Shown here piece after piece: positions 40,555 to 50,544 of a stretch of 64,000 nt of DNA. The first letter of the stretch is position 1; every line of letters begins with the position of its first letter. Under the pieces are notes generated by a model. That model was not told where the DNA came from. It was given only the letters and a program-made list of their open reading frames with translations, and ran no database searches. The DNA is from an uncultured delta proteobacterium (lineage in GTDB: Bacteria; Myxococcota_A; Polyangia; Fen-1088), in NCBI GenBank assembly GCA_963737265.1, contig CAVTRY010000007.1:1-64000 (forward strand). Reading direction: 5' to 3'. The position numbers and the translations under genes were made by a program.

Positions 40555-41358
40555 TCATTCGGACTCCGAGAACACGAACACGTTGGCTTCGTCGTCGACG
40601 GCCCATGCAGCGGTACCGGTGACGGCAACATCCTGAACCGGATGCAGCTTGGGGAATTGATCGGGCCGGAACTTTTTCGGTCGCGGCAGCCGTTCCCACG
40701 CGCCGCTCTGTTGCAGACGAAACACATCCCCCGAGGCATCGACCGCGAACAGCCGCTGGTCCAGGCCCGACATGCGAGTGATATTGCTGGGCGAGCCGGC
40801 TACTGGCTGGCACGCACTGTCCGTGCCTCGATAGAGCCGCTGTCCGTCGCTCACCCAGATCTGGTCTTGTTCGTATGCAATGCTCAGCGCGCGCAACTCG
40901 GCGCACGGGCCCGGCGCGGGCCCGCTCGGGAGCAAGCGCGAGATGCGACCGTCGGCAACGGCATACAAGTCGCGCCCATCGGCGTCGGTCGCCAGTGCGG
41001 TCACTGGCGCAGCGAGTGTCCATTCCGGATTACCGACCTGGCCATGGTTGCCCTTACCGACGTGCCCCTCTGAATCCGCGTAAGCGAGCCCTTGCCGCGA
41101 TCCGACGATCACGCGCGGTCGTAGTCGACCGTTCCACTCGTGCCAGACGCTACCGAACTCCGGATAATTGTAGACGAGCCCGTTGGTTCCGATGGCGAGC
41201 AGCCCCATCGGTCCACCGGCGAGCCGCGTGACCTGCGCGTGGCCATGCGTCTCAATCCAACGCGGGCCATTCGAGCGGATGCTGCATGCCACCAGACTCA
41301 GCGCACACAGGCCCAGCCCAACCTTTCCATGCCCTCGTTCGAATCCAGCCCAGCACAT
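40555..41358 (-). CDS. Hypothetical lipoprotein, probable beta-propeller
   Basis: Lipobox LVAC; repeated L(Y/F)AVD..G.V motifs. Confidence 0.6.
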   Translation of the reverse strand: MCWAGFERGHGKVGLGLCALSLVACSIRSNGPRWIETHGHAQVTRLAGGPMGLLAIGTNGLVYNYPEFGSVWHEWNGRLRPRVIVGSRQGLAYADSEGHVGKGNHGQVGNPEWTLAAPVTALATDADGRDLYAVADGRISRLLPSGPAPGPCAELRALSIAYEQDQIWVSDGQRLYRGTDSACQPVAGSPSNITRMSGLDQRLFAVDASGDVFRLQQSGAWERLPRPKKFRPDQFPKLHPVQDVAVTGTAAWAVDDEANVFVFSESE

Positions 41359-41361
41359 ATT

Positions 41362-43389
41362 TCAATTGACGCCGTTCCAACGCGCGATCAACTTGGCGTT
41401 GAGCTCGTTGGAGTAACCTCGCTTGGCGAGGGCAAATGGGGGTTCGATGGCGACCACGCCGAAGTCATCATTTTGCAACAGGCGCGTGACGGTGGCGCGT
41501 TCGTCGACGATGAAATCGCCGGCCTCGCTGGGGAAGAATATGTATTGGGCGTCGAAAACGCCGAGAGTCATGTTGTAGGCGTCGGGACGGTTCGAAATAT
41601 AGGGAGTTGTGAATCCCGAGGCCGAAACCTTTGCTCGAGACGGTAGCTGGCGAACCAGTTTTTCGGCCGCCTTATGACGGGTCTTTGCCTGAGCGTCCAA
41701 CCCGAACACAAACTTGATGGGGCCGCCCCAGGAATTGTGCTGCTGAAATACCGCACCCCACTGGTAGCTCACCGGCAGCGTCAGGCAGAGCAAGGCGGCT
41801 AGGGCGGCCCACTGAGGCTTCAAGGTGGGACCGGACCGCCGAGGACCCGCTGCAGCGCGCGCGTTCAAACTCTCGATGCCGAGCGCCACGGCCGGAAAAA
41901 GGAAGGCAATCCAGTGGGCGCTGTACTGGAAATAGATGCTGACAAGCGGACCATACTGGGTCGAAAGAATGGTGAAGAAAAATCCCGGAATACACAGAAG
42001 CAGTCCAATCGGCCGCCGCAGCGGCAGGAAGGCGAGCGGCAACAGCATCTGCAGCATGTAGATGAGCTTGTTCGTCTCGGCCAAGGTGGACATGGTGAAC
42101 GCGGGATTGCCCAGCACCGTGAGCACGACGCTGCCAAAGCCCTTGCCGCCTGGCGGAATAAGGTCCTTGTAGATATCGGTAAAGCTTTCCCCGCCGCCAA
42201 CGTAGGGCATGGCGACGAATTTGAGGGTGAAACAACAGAGCGTGCCCACCACGGCAAGGAGCAGTCCAGCCTTAGGACGCCGCCCGGACAGCAGGAAGTA
42301 GGCGCCGAGAACAGCGACCCAGGTGGTGACGTCCTCGCGCACCGCCAGGGTCAGGAGCACGAACAGCGCTGCCCAGCCATCTCGGCGCGATTCGAGGAAG
42401 TACCAGGCCCACCACAGCATAAACGGCCCGAGGGGCAGAAAGTGGAATTCGAAAAGGTTCTCACCGTGAAGCGCGGGGTAGAGAAGATAGGACAGGGCGA
42501 GGATGCAGGCGGGCCAGGGGTCGATGTGCTTGCACGCCAGCTTGTAAAGGGGAATGGCCGCCGATCCAAGAAGCACGGCCTGGATGAGGAGGAGCGTCCC
42601 GGCGTTTGGGCGAAGGGCGTAGAAGGGTAAAATCGCATAACCGATGAACTCGGTGTGATTGCCAAAGTGGGATCGCCCCGGCCCAACCCACGGCGGTGCC
42701 TTGAAGAACGACCCGCCGTGCATCATGTTGCACACCAGGCTGTCGTAGATGCCGAGGTCGTAGCCGGATCGCAGGGAATAGTAGTAGCAATAGCTGTAGT
42801 AGCCGAAGTAGCAGACGTACGCGACGACGGCTGCCACGACCAGTGCAAAGGGCAGCGCGGGCAGCAGACGCGGGAGGCGGTGGTCGATGCCGGCACGGAG
42901 AGGCCGCAGACGGATGGCCAGCCGCTCTTCCCAGGCGAACGGCCCCGCGCGCATGGCGGACGTCACGGCGGTCCACGCGGCCACTCCGAACAGCGCGACC
43001 AGCGCGAGAAAAGGCAGGTCGTGTCCCCGCCATGCTTCCCAATGGAAAAGCAGGGCAAGAAATCCAACCAAGTAGGTGGGCGCCAATCTCCGGCTGGCGT
43101 GGGAAAGGCGACCCGGCACGCCTTCGTCAGCGTAGTTCGTCGCCAGGTACGCTGCGCCCACCACAACAGCCACGACTGCGCACCCGAGCATGCAGGCGAG
43201 GAGGATGTGCCGCGCGTGGCTTGGCAGTTGATTGCCTTCGAAGTAGCGAACGATCCACCCTGGCGACCCGGGCGTGACCGCGACACCCAGGGCGAAACCA
43301 AGCGAAACACCACCGGCGCCGAGCAGCCCAAGGGATCTCGCCGCCGATGCCAATACCGATGAGGATTCGTTGTGGCTGTTGTTCTTCAC
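41362..43389 (-). CDS. DUF2079 membrane protein (putative GT-C)
   Basis: YDLGIYD, HFGNH, LLLIQAV, FEFH, VRED, FQYSA. GTG start just after the upstream stop. Confidence 0.85.
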   Translation of the reverse strand: MKNNSHNESSSVLASAARSLGLLGAGGVSLGFALGVAVTPGSPGWIVRYFEGNQLPSHARHILLACMLGCAVVAVVVGAAYLATNYADEGVPGRLSHASRRLAPTYLVGFLALLFHWEAWRGHDLPFLALVALFGVAAWTAVTSAMRAGPFAWEERLAIRLRPLRAGIDHRLPRLLPALPFALVVAAVVAYVCYFGYYSYCYYYSLRSGYDLGIYDSLVCNMMHGGSFFKAPPWVGPGRSHFGNHTEFIGYAILPFYALRPNAGTLLLIQAVLLGSAAIPLYKLACKHIDPWPACILALSYLLYPALHGENLFEFHFLPLGPFMLWWAWYFLESRRDGWAALFVLLTLAVREDVTTWVAVLGAYFLLSGRRPKAGLLLAVVGTLCCFTLKFVAMPYVGGGESFTDIYKDLIPPGGKGFGSVVLTVLGNPAFTMSTLAETNKLIYMLQMLLPLAFLPLRRPIGLLLCIPGFFFTILSTQYGPLVSIYFQYSAHWIAFLFPAVALGIESLNARAAAGPRRSGPTLKPQWAALAALLCLTLPVSYQWGAVFQQHNSWGGPIKFVFGLDAQAKTRHKAAEKLVRQLPSRAKVSASGFTTPYISNRPDAYNMTLGVFDAQYIFFPSEAGDFIVDERATVTRLLQNDDFGVVAIEPPFALAKRGYSNELNAKLIARWNGVN

Positions 43390-43391
43390 GG

Positions 43392-45470
43392 CTAGCGCCC
43401 CACGCGCGCAAGAGCGCCCCAGTTCAGATCCGTCGGATAGCCCCTCTTTGCCAGAATGAACTGTCCCCGTTCCGAAACCACGCCGAAGGTTCCCGGCGAG
43501 AGAACTTCGAGAACCTTGGCGCGCTCGTCGCCCCCGACGGGAACGCTGAAAAGCAGATAGTCGGCGTCCGCTATGCCCATGCGCAATGTGTACGAATAGG
43601 CACGGTTCGAGATCTGCGGCACGATGTTCTCCGACGACACGATCTTTGCTTTGGGCGGAACCAACGCGATCAGCGGATGCAGCTTCTGCCGCCGCTCCCA
43701 GTCCTCGGCATCGGTGCCGAAGTGGTAGGTTCCAAAACCGCCGCGCACGGCATGGTGTTGAATCAGCGCTCCCAGCTGGAAGCTGCTGACCAGCATGGCC
43801 AGCGCAATGGCCATCACCCAGGCACGCCTCCACGCCGTCCCCTCGCGCCCGCCGCGGGCCGCCTCCCGGCCGAGCCACGCGAGATTGACGATGACGCCAA
43901 TGAACAGATAGGCGGTCCAGTGCGCGGTGTACTGAAACGAGATTTGATAGAGCGGCCGGTAGCCGGTGGAAAGCAGCGTGAAGAGAAAGCCGGGAACACA
44001 GAAAAGCAGTCCGATGGCTCGACGGAGGGGAAAGAACGCCAAGGGCACGAAAATCTCGAGCAAATAGATAAGCTTGTCCCGCTCCAGCACGAGGCCGGAC
44101 GTGAAAGCGGGATTGCCAATCACGGTCTGAAGCACCCCGCCAAAGCCATGTCCTCCTTCCGGCACAAGCCCGGAATATTGATAGAGGAATGCTTCATGTC
44201 CGCCGGCCTGGATGGGCATGACGATCATTTTCATGACCAAGAAATAGACTGCGCCCGCTGCCCCAAGCAGCAGGCCGGCGCGCGGTCTGCGTCGGGTGAG
44301 CACGAGAAAGAGTCCAAAGATCACCAGTCCAAGCGAGATGTCCTCGCGCACCGAGAGGGTCAGGACGGCAAAGATGACCGCCCAAACATTCTTGCGGGCG
44401 AGGACGAAGTAGAGCGTGAACCAGAGAAAGAATGGAGCAAGCGGCGGATAGTGAAAATCGTAGAGATTCGATCCGTGCACCGGCGGGTAAAAAAGATACA
44501 AAATCGCAATCAAACACGAAAGCCAGGCGCCGAGGTACTGGCGCGCGACCAAATAGAGCGGGAGGGCGGCACCACCGATGAGGACGGCCTGTAGCACTAG
44601 AATTGTTTCCGCCCTCTGGTGGAGAGCGTAGATGGGCGCGATCAAATAACCCAAATAGGCGGCGTGCAGGCCAACCACGTTTCCGGTCGGACCTCCGAAG
44701 GGTGTCGACTTGAAGAGTGCGCCAGTGTGCAGCGCATGCCAAATGACGTTTTCCTCAAGACCCAGATCGAGGCTGGACGAAAGCACGTTCCAGTGGTGGA
44801 CCACGGTGTAGTACGAAAAAAAGGCCGCGTAGCCCGCGGCCGCCAGGCAGACCAGGGTGAAAGGGAGGAAGGTCGTGCTCGACCGACACAACTCCCGGGC
44901 GTCCTTGCAGGTCTGGTCGAGAAAGCCAGGCCTGCCAAACACAGGCTCCGTGGAGAACGCGACCCGCAGCAGGCGCTGGAAGCCGAACACCAGCAGCAAC
45001 GCAAGCAGGAGAAAAATCACCTCGCGCCCTCCCTGCCAAGACCGCCACTGAAACATGACGGGAACAAACGCGGCCAGGACCAGCGGCGAAAGGCGGAGAG
45101 AGAGGCGTTCGACAGACGCCGCACCGAGGAGATGGCGTCGGGCAAGCAGCGCGAGGGAAAGGAGGAGAACGATTCCTGTCCCCGCGAGGGCAGAGACGAC
45201 CGCGCTCAACCCGCGCGCGCGCGAGGGTCCATTCGAAGCGATGAAATCCGAGAGATGCTCTCCGATGCCAAGCTCCCAAAGGCAAAGTCCCAGCGAAAAT
45301 CCAACCAAGGCCAGCGCGCCGACCCCCGCACACGCGGCGGAAAGCCGCGGTCGTGCGGCTCCGCCAGGATCGGCAGCGCCGGCCTCCGCACGCTCGTCCC
45401 CCACCAAGGCGAACTCGAAAGGCGAGGCAATGGCAGGGGTTCCGCCCTCCTCGTCACCCGCCGCTATCAC
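43392..45470 (-). CDS. DUF2079 membrane protein (putative GT-C)
   Basis: LDLGLEE, VGLH, LVLQAV, YDFH, VRED, FQYTA. Coupled to the GT2 stop. Confidence 0.85.
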   Translation of the reverse strand: MIAAGDEEGGTPAIASPFEFALVGDERAEAGAADPGGAARPRLSAACAGVGALALVGFSLGLCLWELGIGEHLSDFIASNGPSRARGLSAVVSALAGTGIVLLLSLALLARRHLLGAASVERLSLRLSPLVLAAFVPVMFQWRSWQGGREVIFLLLALLLVFGFQRLLRVAFSTEPVFGRPGFLDQTCKDARELCRSSTTFLPFTLVCLAAAGYAAFFSYYTVVHHWNVLSSSLDLGLEENVIWHALHTGALFKSTPFGGPTGNVVGLHAAYLGYLIAPIYALHQRAETILVLQAVLIGGAALPLYLVARQYLGAWLSCLIAILYLFYPPVHGSNLYDFHYPPLAPFFLWFTLYFVLARKNVWAVIFAVLTLSVREDISLGLVIFGLFLVLTRRRPRAGLLLGAAGAVYFLVMKMIVMPIQAGGHEAFLYQYSGLVPEGGHGFGGVLQTVIGNPAFTSGLVLERDKLIYLLEIFVPLAFFPLRRAIGLLFCVPGFLFTLLSTGYRPLYQISFQYTAHWTAYLFIGVIVNLAWLGREAARGGREGTAWRRAWVMAIALAMLVSSFQLGALIQHHAVRGGFGTYHFGTDAEDWERRQKLHPLIALVPPKAKIVSSENIVPQISNRAYSYTLRMGIADADYLLFSVPVGGDERAKVLEVLSPGTFGVVSERGQFILAKRGYPTDLNWGALARVGR

Positions 45471-46510
45471 GGCGCCTTCCCCCCGCGTGCCTGACCAGTC
45501 ATGGTCGACGGGCCGGAAGGCGGCATGGCCTGTCCCCGCGCCTCGGCGCTAGGCTCGACCTCGCCCCTCGCCGCGAAATTCACTTCCTTCGCCACGGCGT
45601 AAAGTGGCCGGCGCTGCACTTCCTCGTAAATGCGTCCGACGTAGGCGCCCAAAATCCCGATGACCAACAATTGCACCGAGGAGCCCAGCGCGACGAGGAT
45701 CATGATCGTGGTCCAGCCGGGCACGGCGCCCGCGGCGTGCAACTTGACCCAGAACGCCCACGCGCCGAGGCCCATCGCCAACAAGCCAGCAAGCGCCCCG
45801 AGCCACGTGGCTGCCCGCAGTGGCAAGGTCGAAAACGAGGCGATGCCGTCAAAGGCAAAGCCCATCATCTTGCTCAGCGGGTATTTGGTGACGCCAGCGA
45901 AGCGCTCGTGGCGCTCGTAGTGAACCGAGGACTGTCTAAAGCCGACCCATCCCACCAAACCGCGAATGAAACGGTGCCCTTCGCGCAAGGAGCGCAAGGT
46001 TAGGACGACCTGCCGACTCATCAGGCGAAAGTCGCCCGCGTCGAGTGTCACGTCGAAGCCCAGCATGGCGCGGAACACGCGATAGAAAATCGTGGCGCTG
46101 ATGCGCTTGAACCACGTCTCGCCCAGGCGACGTTTGCGAACGGCGTAGACGACATCGTAGCCCTCGCGCCAGCGGCCGATCATGTCGCGCACCACTTCGG
46201 GCGGATCCTGAAGATCCGCGTCCATCACCACGACCGATTCGCCCTCGGCCCGATCCATTCCGGCGGTGATCGCGATCTGGTGGCCGAAGTTGCGCGAGAA
46301 CGAGATCAGCTTGTAGCGTTGCTCTCGCTCGACCAGCTCTTGTAACAACCTGGCCGATGCGTCTCGCGAACCATCGTCGACGAAGATGACCTCCCAGGTT
46401 TCGCCGAGATGGTCCAGGAAAACCCGCAAGCGACGATCGAGCTCGGGAATCGTCTCTTCCTCGTTGAATACGGGAATGACGATCGACAGGGTGGGGCGCG
46501 CTTCTGTCAT
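45467..46510 (-). CDS. GT2 polyprenol-phosphate glycosyltransferase (GtrB-like)
   Basis: SIVIPVFNEE, VDDGSRD, SRNFGHQ, MDADLQDPPE, GDFRLM, two C-terminal transmembrane helices. Confidence 0.95.
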   Translation of the reverse strand: MTEARPTLSIVIPVFNEEETIPELDRRLRVFLDHLGETWEVIFVDDGSRDASARLLQELVEREQRYKLISFSRNFGHQIAITAGMDRAEGESVVVMDADLQDPPEVVRDMIGRWREGYDVVYAVRKRRLGETWFKRISATIFYRVFRAMLGFDVTLDAGDFRLMSRQVVLTLRSLREGHRFIRGLVGWVGFRQSSVHYERHERFAGVTKYPLSKMMGFAFDGIASFSTLPLRAATWLGALAGLLAMGLGAWAFWVKLHAAGAVPGWTTIMILVALGSSVQLLVIGILGAYVGRIYEEVQRRPLYAVAKEVNFAARGEVEPSAEARGQAMPPSGPSTMTGQARGGKAP

Positions 46511-46702
46511 GCGGGGTGTGTTTATACCGCGAACACCGCGTTGAATGGGTCAAAGACCGTTCGGAATTCTACACCCCACTGCCCCAAATAGAACCGGCGC
46601 AGTTGTGTCAGGGCAACCCGCGGGTCGCCCCGACAATTCTCTCACGACGGCACCCGCCGCAGCCCGTCCCCGATGGACGGTAGAAAAAACGGCCAACCGT
46701 TT

Positions 46703-47101
46703 CTATCGCTTGGAGAACTGGAAGCGGGCGCGAGCGCCTCGCTGACCGTACTTCTTGCGCTCTTTGGCCCGCGCGTCGCGGGTCAGGTAGCCGGCCTTCT
46801 TGAGCGGAGGCCGCAGCTCGATGTTGAACTTGCACAAGGCGCGCGAGATTCCGTGCCTCAAGGCATCGGCCTGGCCCGAAAGACCGCCGCCCTTCACGCT
46901 GGCAAAAATGTCGAACGTGCCGGAGGTTTCGGTCAGCTCGAGCGCCTGGCGGAACACCATGCGTGAGGTTTCGCGACCGAAGTAGCCTTCCAAAGTCCGC
47001 TCGTTGATCTGGATCTTGCCGTTGCCGGGCTGAAGCCAGACGCGCGCCACCGCGTGCTTGCGGCGGCCAGTGGCGTAGAAACTTTTTTGCGTATCGATCA
47101 T
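46703..47101 (-). CDS. rpsI: 30S ribosomal protein S9
   Basis: [25 protein letters not shown]. Confidence 0.99.
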   Translation of the reverse strand: MIDTQKSFYATGRRKHAVARVWLQPGNGKIQINERTLEGYFGRETSRMVFRQALELTETSGTFDIFASVKGGGLSGQADALRHGISRALCKFNIELRPPLKKAGYLTRDARAKERKKYGQRGARARFQFSKR

Positions 47102-47117
47102 GCGGGGACTCCGAAAC

Positions 47118-47570
47118 TTACGACAGGGCCAGCGGTTTGGGTTGCTGGGCGGCGTGCGGGTGCTCGGTGCCCGCGTAAACCTTCAGCTTCTTGTAAATGC
47201 GGCGACCAAGCGGCCCCTTGGGCAGCATGCCCCAGACGGCGCGCTTGACGAGCTCGGTCGGATGACGCTCGACGAGCTGCTTGGCCGAGTATTCGGACAG
47301 ACCGCCCGGAAACAACGAGTGATGGCGATAGACCTTGTCGTCCCACTTCTTGCCGGTCAGGCGAACCTTCTCGGCATTGATGACGACGACGAAATCGCCG
47401 GCATCGGCGTGCGGGGTGAACATCGCTTTGTTCTTGCCACGCAGGACCGAAGCGATCTTGGTGGCCGCACGGCCAAGGGTCTTGCCCCCGACGTCGGCGA
47501 GGTACCAGGAGTGCTCGGAGAGCACCTTGGCGGAAATGGTCTTATGTTGGCGCAACGCTACTGAGGACAC
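47118..47570 (-). CDS. rplM: 50S ribosomal protein L13
   Basis: [34 protein letters not shown]. Confidence 0.99.
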   Translation of the reverse strand: MSSVALRQHKTISAKVLSEHSWYLADVGGKTLGRAATKIASVLRGKNKAMFTPHADAGDFVVVINAEKVRLTGKKWDDKVYRHHSLFPGGLSEYSAKQLVERHPTELVKRAVWGMLPKGPLGRRIYKKLKVYAGTEHPHAAQQPKPLALS

Positions 47571-47727
47571 GGGTCGCTCCTAATACTTCACGAGATGATG
47601 AATGTCAACCCCACCTGGCAAGTTGCCCCACTTGCCGAAAGTTCTACAGCAGAAATGGGCGACGCGACAAGTCGAGCTGCGTGAACCGAGGAAGATACTA
47701 CGAACCGCGCATATGCTCCAGAACGGA

Positions 47728-48459
47728 TTAACAAATCTCGATCTCGAGCTCGGCGAGTTGGCGCCGGATCTGCGCAGCCCAGCCGCGGTTCGCGAGCGGG
47801 CTGGCCGGACTCGGATGAAGGATGGAGCCAATCGCAACGTCGACTCGGTTTAGGGCACACCGCGCGCGCAGGGTCGCGAAAGCACCCACTCCGACGACGT
47901 GGCGCGGGCGGAGGATAGCGACGGTCTGGCATAGGGCTTCGTCGCACGCGGCGAAAAGAGCGCCCTGTGCGCGCGCCGGAAGCTTGTCCGGCGTCAAGTT
48001 GCGCGCCGAGGAATCCATGAATGCCAGAGGGCAGTAGTTGGAGACGAAAAAACGCGAAAAGAACCCAGCGGCCGTGGCAAAGTCGTCGCGCGCCCAGCCC
48101 CAAAGGCGCGTGCCGCTCACTTCGCCGCGCGGACACGCCATGCCCTGCACCGGGCGCTTGGGATGCTCAAGTGACGGCTTGCCCACTTGGCCGCCGAGAC
48201 CCAGGAAATCCCTGACCATGGTCACGTCGCCAAAAGGGATCCCTGTCTGCGCCATACCGAATGGCCCCGGATTCATTCCCAGCAGCAGCACTTCCTTCGG
48301 ACCTTGGCCGTAGCCGAGAAGATACGCCTCGTGCAATCCGCGCGCGTAGTCGAGCGGATTGTAGACATACGCGACCGGAGGGTCGAAGCGGAGCCTGCCG
48401 ACCTGGTCAGACAAGGTGCGACTGACGGAGACGAGCGAGCTCTTCCTAGACCGGTTCAT
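47728..48459 (-). CDS. SMUG1-like (family 3) uracil-DNA glycosylase
   Basis: VYNPLDYA, GMNPGPFGMAQTGIPFG, NYCPL, HPSP. Confidence 0.93.
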   Translation of the reverse strand: MNRSRKSSLVSVSRTLSDQVGRLRFDPPVAYVYNPLDYARGLHEAYLLGYGQGPKEVLLLGMNPGPFGMAQTGIPFGDVTMVRDFLGLGGQVGKPSLEHPKRPVQGMACPRGEVSGTRLWGWARDDFATAAGFFSRFFVSNYCPLAFMDSSARNLTPDKLPARAQGALFAACDEALCQTVAILRPRHVVGVGAFATLRARCALNRVDVAIGSILHPSPASPLANRGWAAQIRRQLAELEIEIC

Positions 48460-48586
48460 GCAAGCCCCTCTTTCCGCGACTCGCCAGCCAATCAAACACG
48501 AGACGTGTCAACGACCGGCATTCTTGGGGCATCCCCTTCTCCCCTCTTCCATCGGCCGACGTCGTGTGGTTAATATCCTGTTCGAC

Positions 48587-48937
48587 ATGACGCATTCCAC
48601 TCTTCGAGATCGTCTGGTTTGCCTTGGGGTCATCGCGACGCTCTTCTTTGGAGTCGTGGCGCCGGCCTGGGCACAGGAAGAAACCGAATCGGACTACAAG
48701 GATCCGAGCATCGTCACGGATGACAGCACATCCACGCCCGATGGTGTGAAAGATCTGAACAAGAAGCCCGACAAGAAACCGATCGACGATCCCGTCTACG
48801 CCAAGTGGTGGTTCTGGACCGCCGCGATTGTCGTGGCCGGCGCCTTGGTCACGGCTGCCGTCCTTCCCCTGCAAAAGAAGGCAGCGACGTGCACTGCGTC
48901 CGGCTATCCTCTTGGTTGTGTCGGAGACGGGAGGTAG
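48587..48937 (+). CDS. Hypothetical exported/membrane protein
   Basis: Signal peptide ending AWA; PVYAKWWFW followed by a transmembrane segment. Confidence 0.7.
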   Translation: MTHSTLRDRLVCLGVIATLFFGVVAPAWAQEETESDYKDPSIVTDDSTSTPDGVKDLNKKPDKKPIDDPVYAKWWFWTAAIVVAGALVTAAVLPLQKKAATCTASGYPLGCVGDGR

Positions 48938-48939
48938 TC

Positions 48940-49401
48940 ATGCGTCTTTCGACACGATTCTCGCGAACCCTTTTTGCCGTGGGAATGCTGGCGGGCGCAG
49001 CCGTTGGAGTTGGCGGCTGTAGCCAAGACTACGCACTCTTCAATGTCCACATTCAATTCAAGACGGCCAGCCAAGCGCAAGCTCCCGCGCTTCCTCAGAC
49101 GGAGCTCGAAGCCATCGCGAACTGCGAGTTGTCGATCGCGGACGAAACAGGCAATGACGTCTTGAAGGGATTCCCGCTATCAGGGAATACCGTCAACGGT
49201 AGCGGTTGCGGCGCATCGGGGGCCACGCACAGCGACATCGGCCATTTCAGCTACAGCACTTCACGCACGGCTGGAACGCTGACGTTCACGGTCGTTGCCC
49301 AAGATATCAACCAGACCCAAACCCTAGCGACTGGAACCGCCACGGGCCAGGTCAAGGCGTATCCGCCCGAAGTTCCGGTCGAAATCTACGCCGCGCCATA
49401 G
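48940..49401 (+). CDS. Hypothetical lipoprotein
   Basis: GGAGG RBS and lipobox VGGC. Confidence 0.7.
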   Translation: MRLSTRFSRTLFAVGMLAGAAVGVGGCSQDYALFNVHIQFKTASQAQAPALPQTELEAIANCELSIADETGNDVLKGFPLSGNTVNGSGCGASGATHSDIGHFSYSTSRTAGTLTFTVVAQDINQTQTLATGTATGQVKAYPPEVPVEIYAAP

Positions 49402-49580
49402 ACTCCCGCCCGCCCTTGTCTGCCGTTTGGCGCGGATGTCCCCATCGATGGGCGCGACTGGAGCGCGTCGATCGTCACAGCGTCGCATGTCATGGATTGC
49501 AGTGTTATCCTGAATCGTTCGGGCTGCGCGCAGACCGAACGAATCAGGATCAGCATGGCTCCATTCACGAAAGGTTCTCC

Positions 49581-50522
49581 ATGACGGCAGTTGGAGGCAA
49601 GGGCAAGATTTCCGAGACCATTCTCGAGGAGCTTTGGTTCGGCGAGGACGATGTCCTCGCCACCACCGCCCAGGCCGCCGCGAGCTTCGCCGCCATCATG
49701 GCCGACCTCGAAGGACTGCGGCCGTTCTCGCAGGTGGCGCGCCACGTGCTCGAGTACGTCGCCAACCCGAATTTCGACGTCGGCCGCTTGCAGGAGATCA
49801 TGGAGCAAGACCCGGCGCTGGCGACCAAGATTCTTCGCCTGGCCAACTCGGCGGCCTTCCGCCCGCGCGAGCCCTGCGGATCGATCAAGCAAGCCATCAT
49901 GGTGCTGGGCTCGCGCACGCTGAGCGAGGTCGCGACCTCGCTGTCGATGATGGCGACCTTTTCGGACTTGCGCGGGATCGGCCGCACCGTTCGGGATCAC
50001 TGCGCGTCGACGGCCGCTCTCGTGCGCACCCTGGCGCTTCAGCAGGCCAACGCCGGCGCTGGCAGCTACATCGTGGGCCTCTTGCACGATTTCGGAAAGC
50101 TACTGCTCATCCAGGCCGAGCCGGCGACCTACCTCAGAATCCACGGCAACGAGATGGCCGACTTCGACACGATCCATCTGCGCGAGCGCGAGGTGCTCGG
50201 CTATGACCACGCGGTTTTGGGTGGGCACATCCTGCGAAAGTGGGGACTGCCAGAACCGATTCCCAAGGTCGTCGCCTGGCATCATCAGCCGACGCGCGCG
50301 TTCGCGGCGGGCGGAGAGATCGCGCTTCACGTGGCGTTGGTCCGCATGGCGGAAAACATCGATCGCGTGTTGCGCCTGGACTCGCTGCCCACGCCGCAAG
50401 AAACCGAGCACATCGTGGCGACCCCCGAATGCGAATACCTCGGATTTAGAGCGCGCGATCTCGCCGGAATTTGGGACGAGCTGCGCGCCGTGAAGCAGGA
50501 GGCGCTGCTCATCTTTAGATAG
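49581..50522 (+). CDS. HDOD domain protein
   Basis: DPALATKILRLANS, GLLHDFGK, GYDHA, W.LP.....V..HH. Confidence 0.93.
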   Translation: MTAVGGKGKISETILEELWFGEDDVLATTAQAAASFAAIMADLEGLRPFSQVARHVLEYVANPNFDVGRLQEIMEQDPALATKILRLANSAAFRPREPCGSIKQAIMVLGSRTLSEVATSLSMMATFSDLRGIGRTVRDHCASTAALVRTLALQQANAGAGSYIVGLLHDFGKLLLIQAEPATYLRIHGNEMADFDTIHLREREVLGYDHAVLGGHILRKWGLPEPIPKVVAWHHQPTRAFAAGGEIALHVALVRMAENIDRVLRLDSLPTPQETEHIVATPECEYLGFRARDLAGIWDELRAVKQEALLIFR

Positions 50523-50544
50523 ATAGGGCTTGCGATAACCCTTG

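Noticed and set aside
41330-41350. tRNA T-loop-like GTTCGAATCC (a similar motif lies near 54310)
   Set aside because: No cloverleaf or acceptor stem around either site.
46606-46634. Hairpin GGGCAACCC-GC-GGGTCGCCC after rpsI
   Set aside because: Single copy in the window; cannot distinguish a terminator from a REP.
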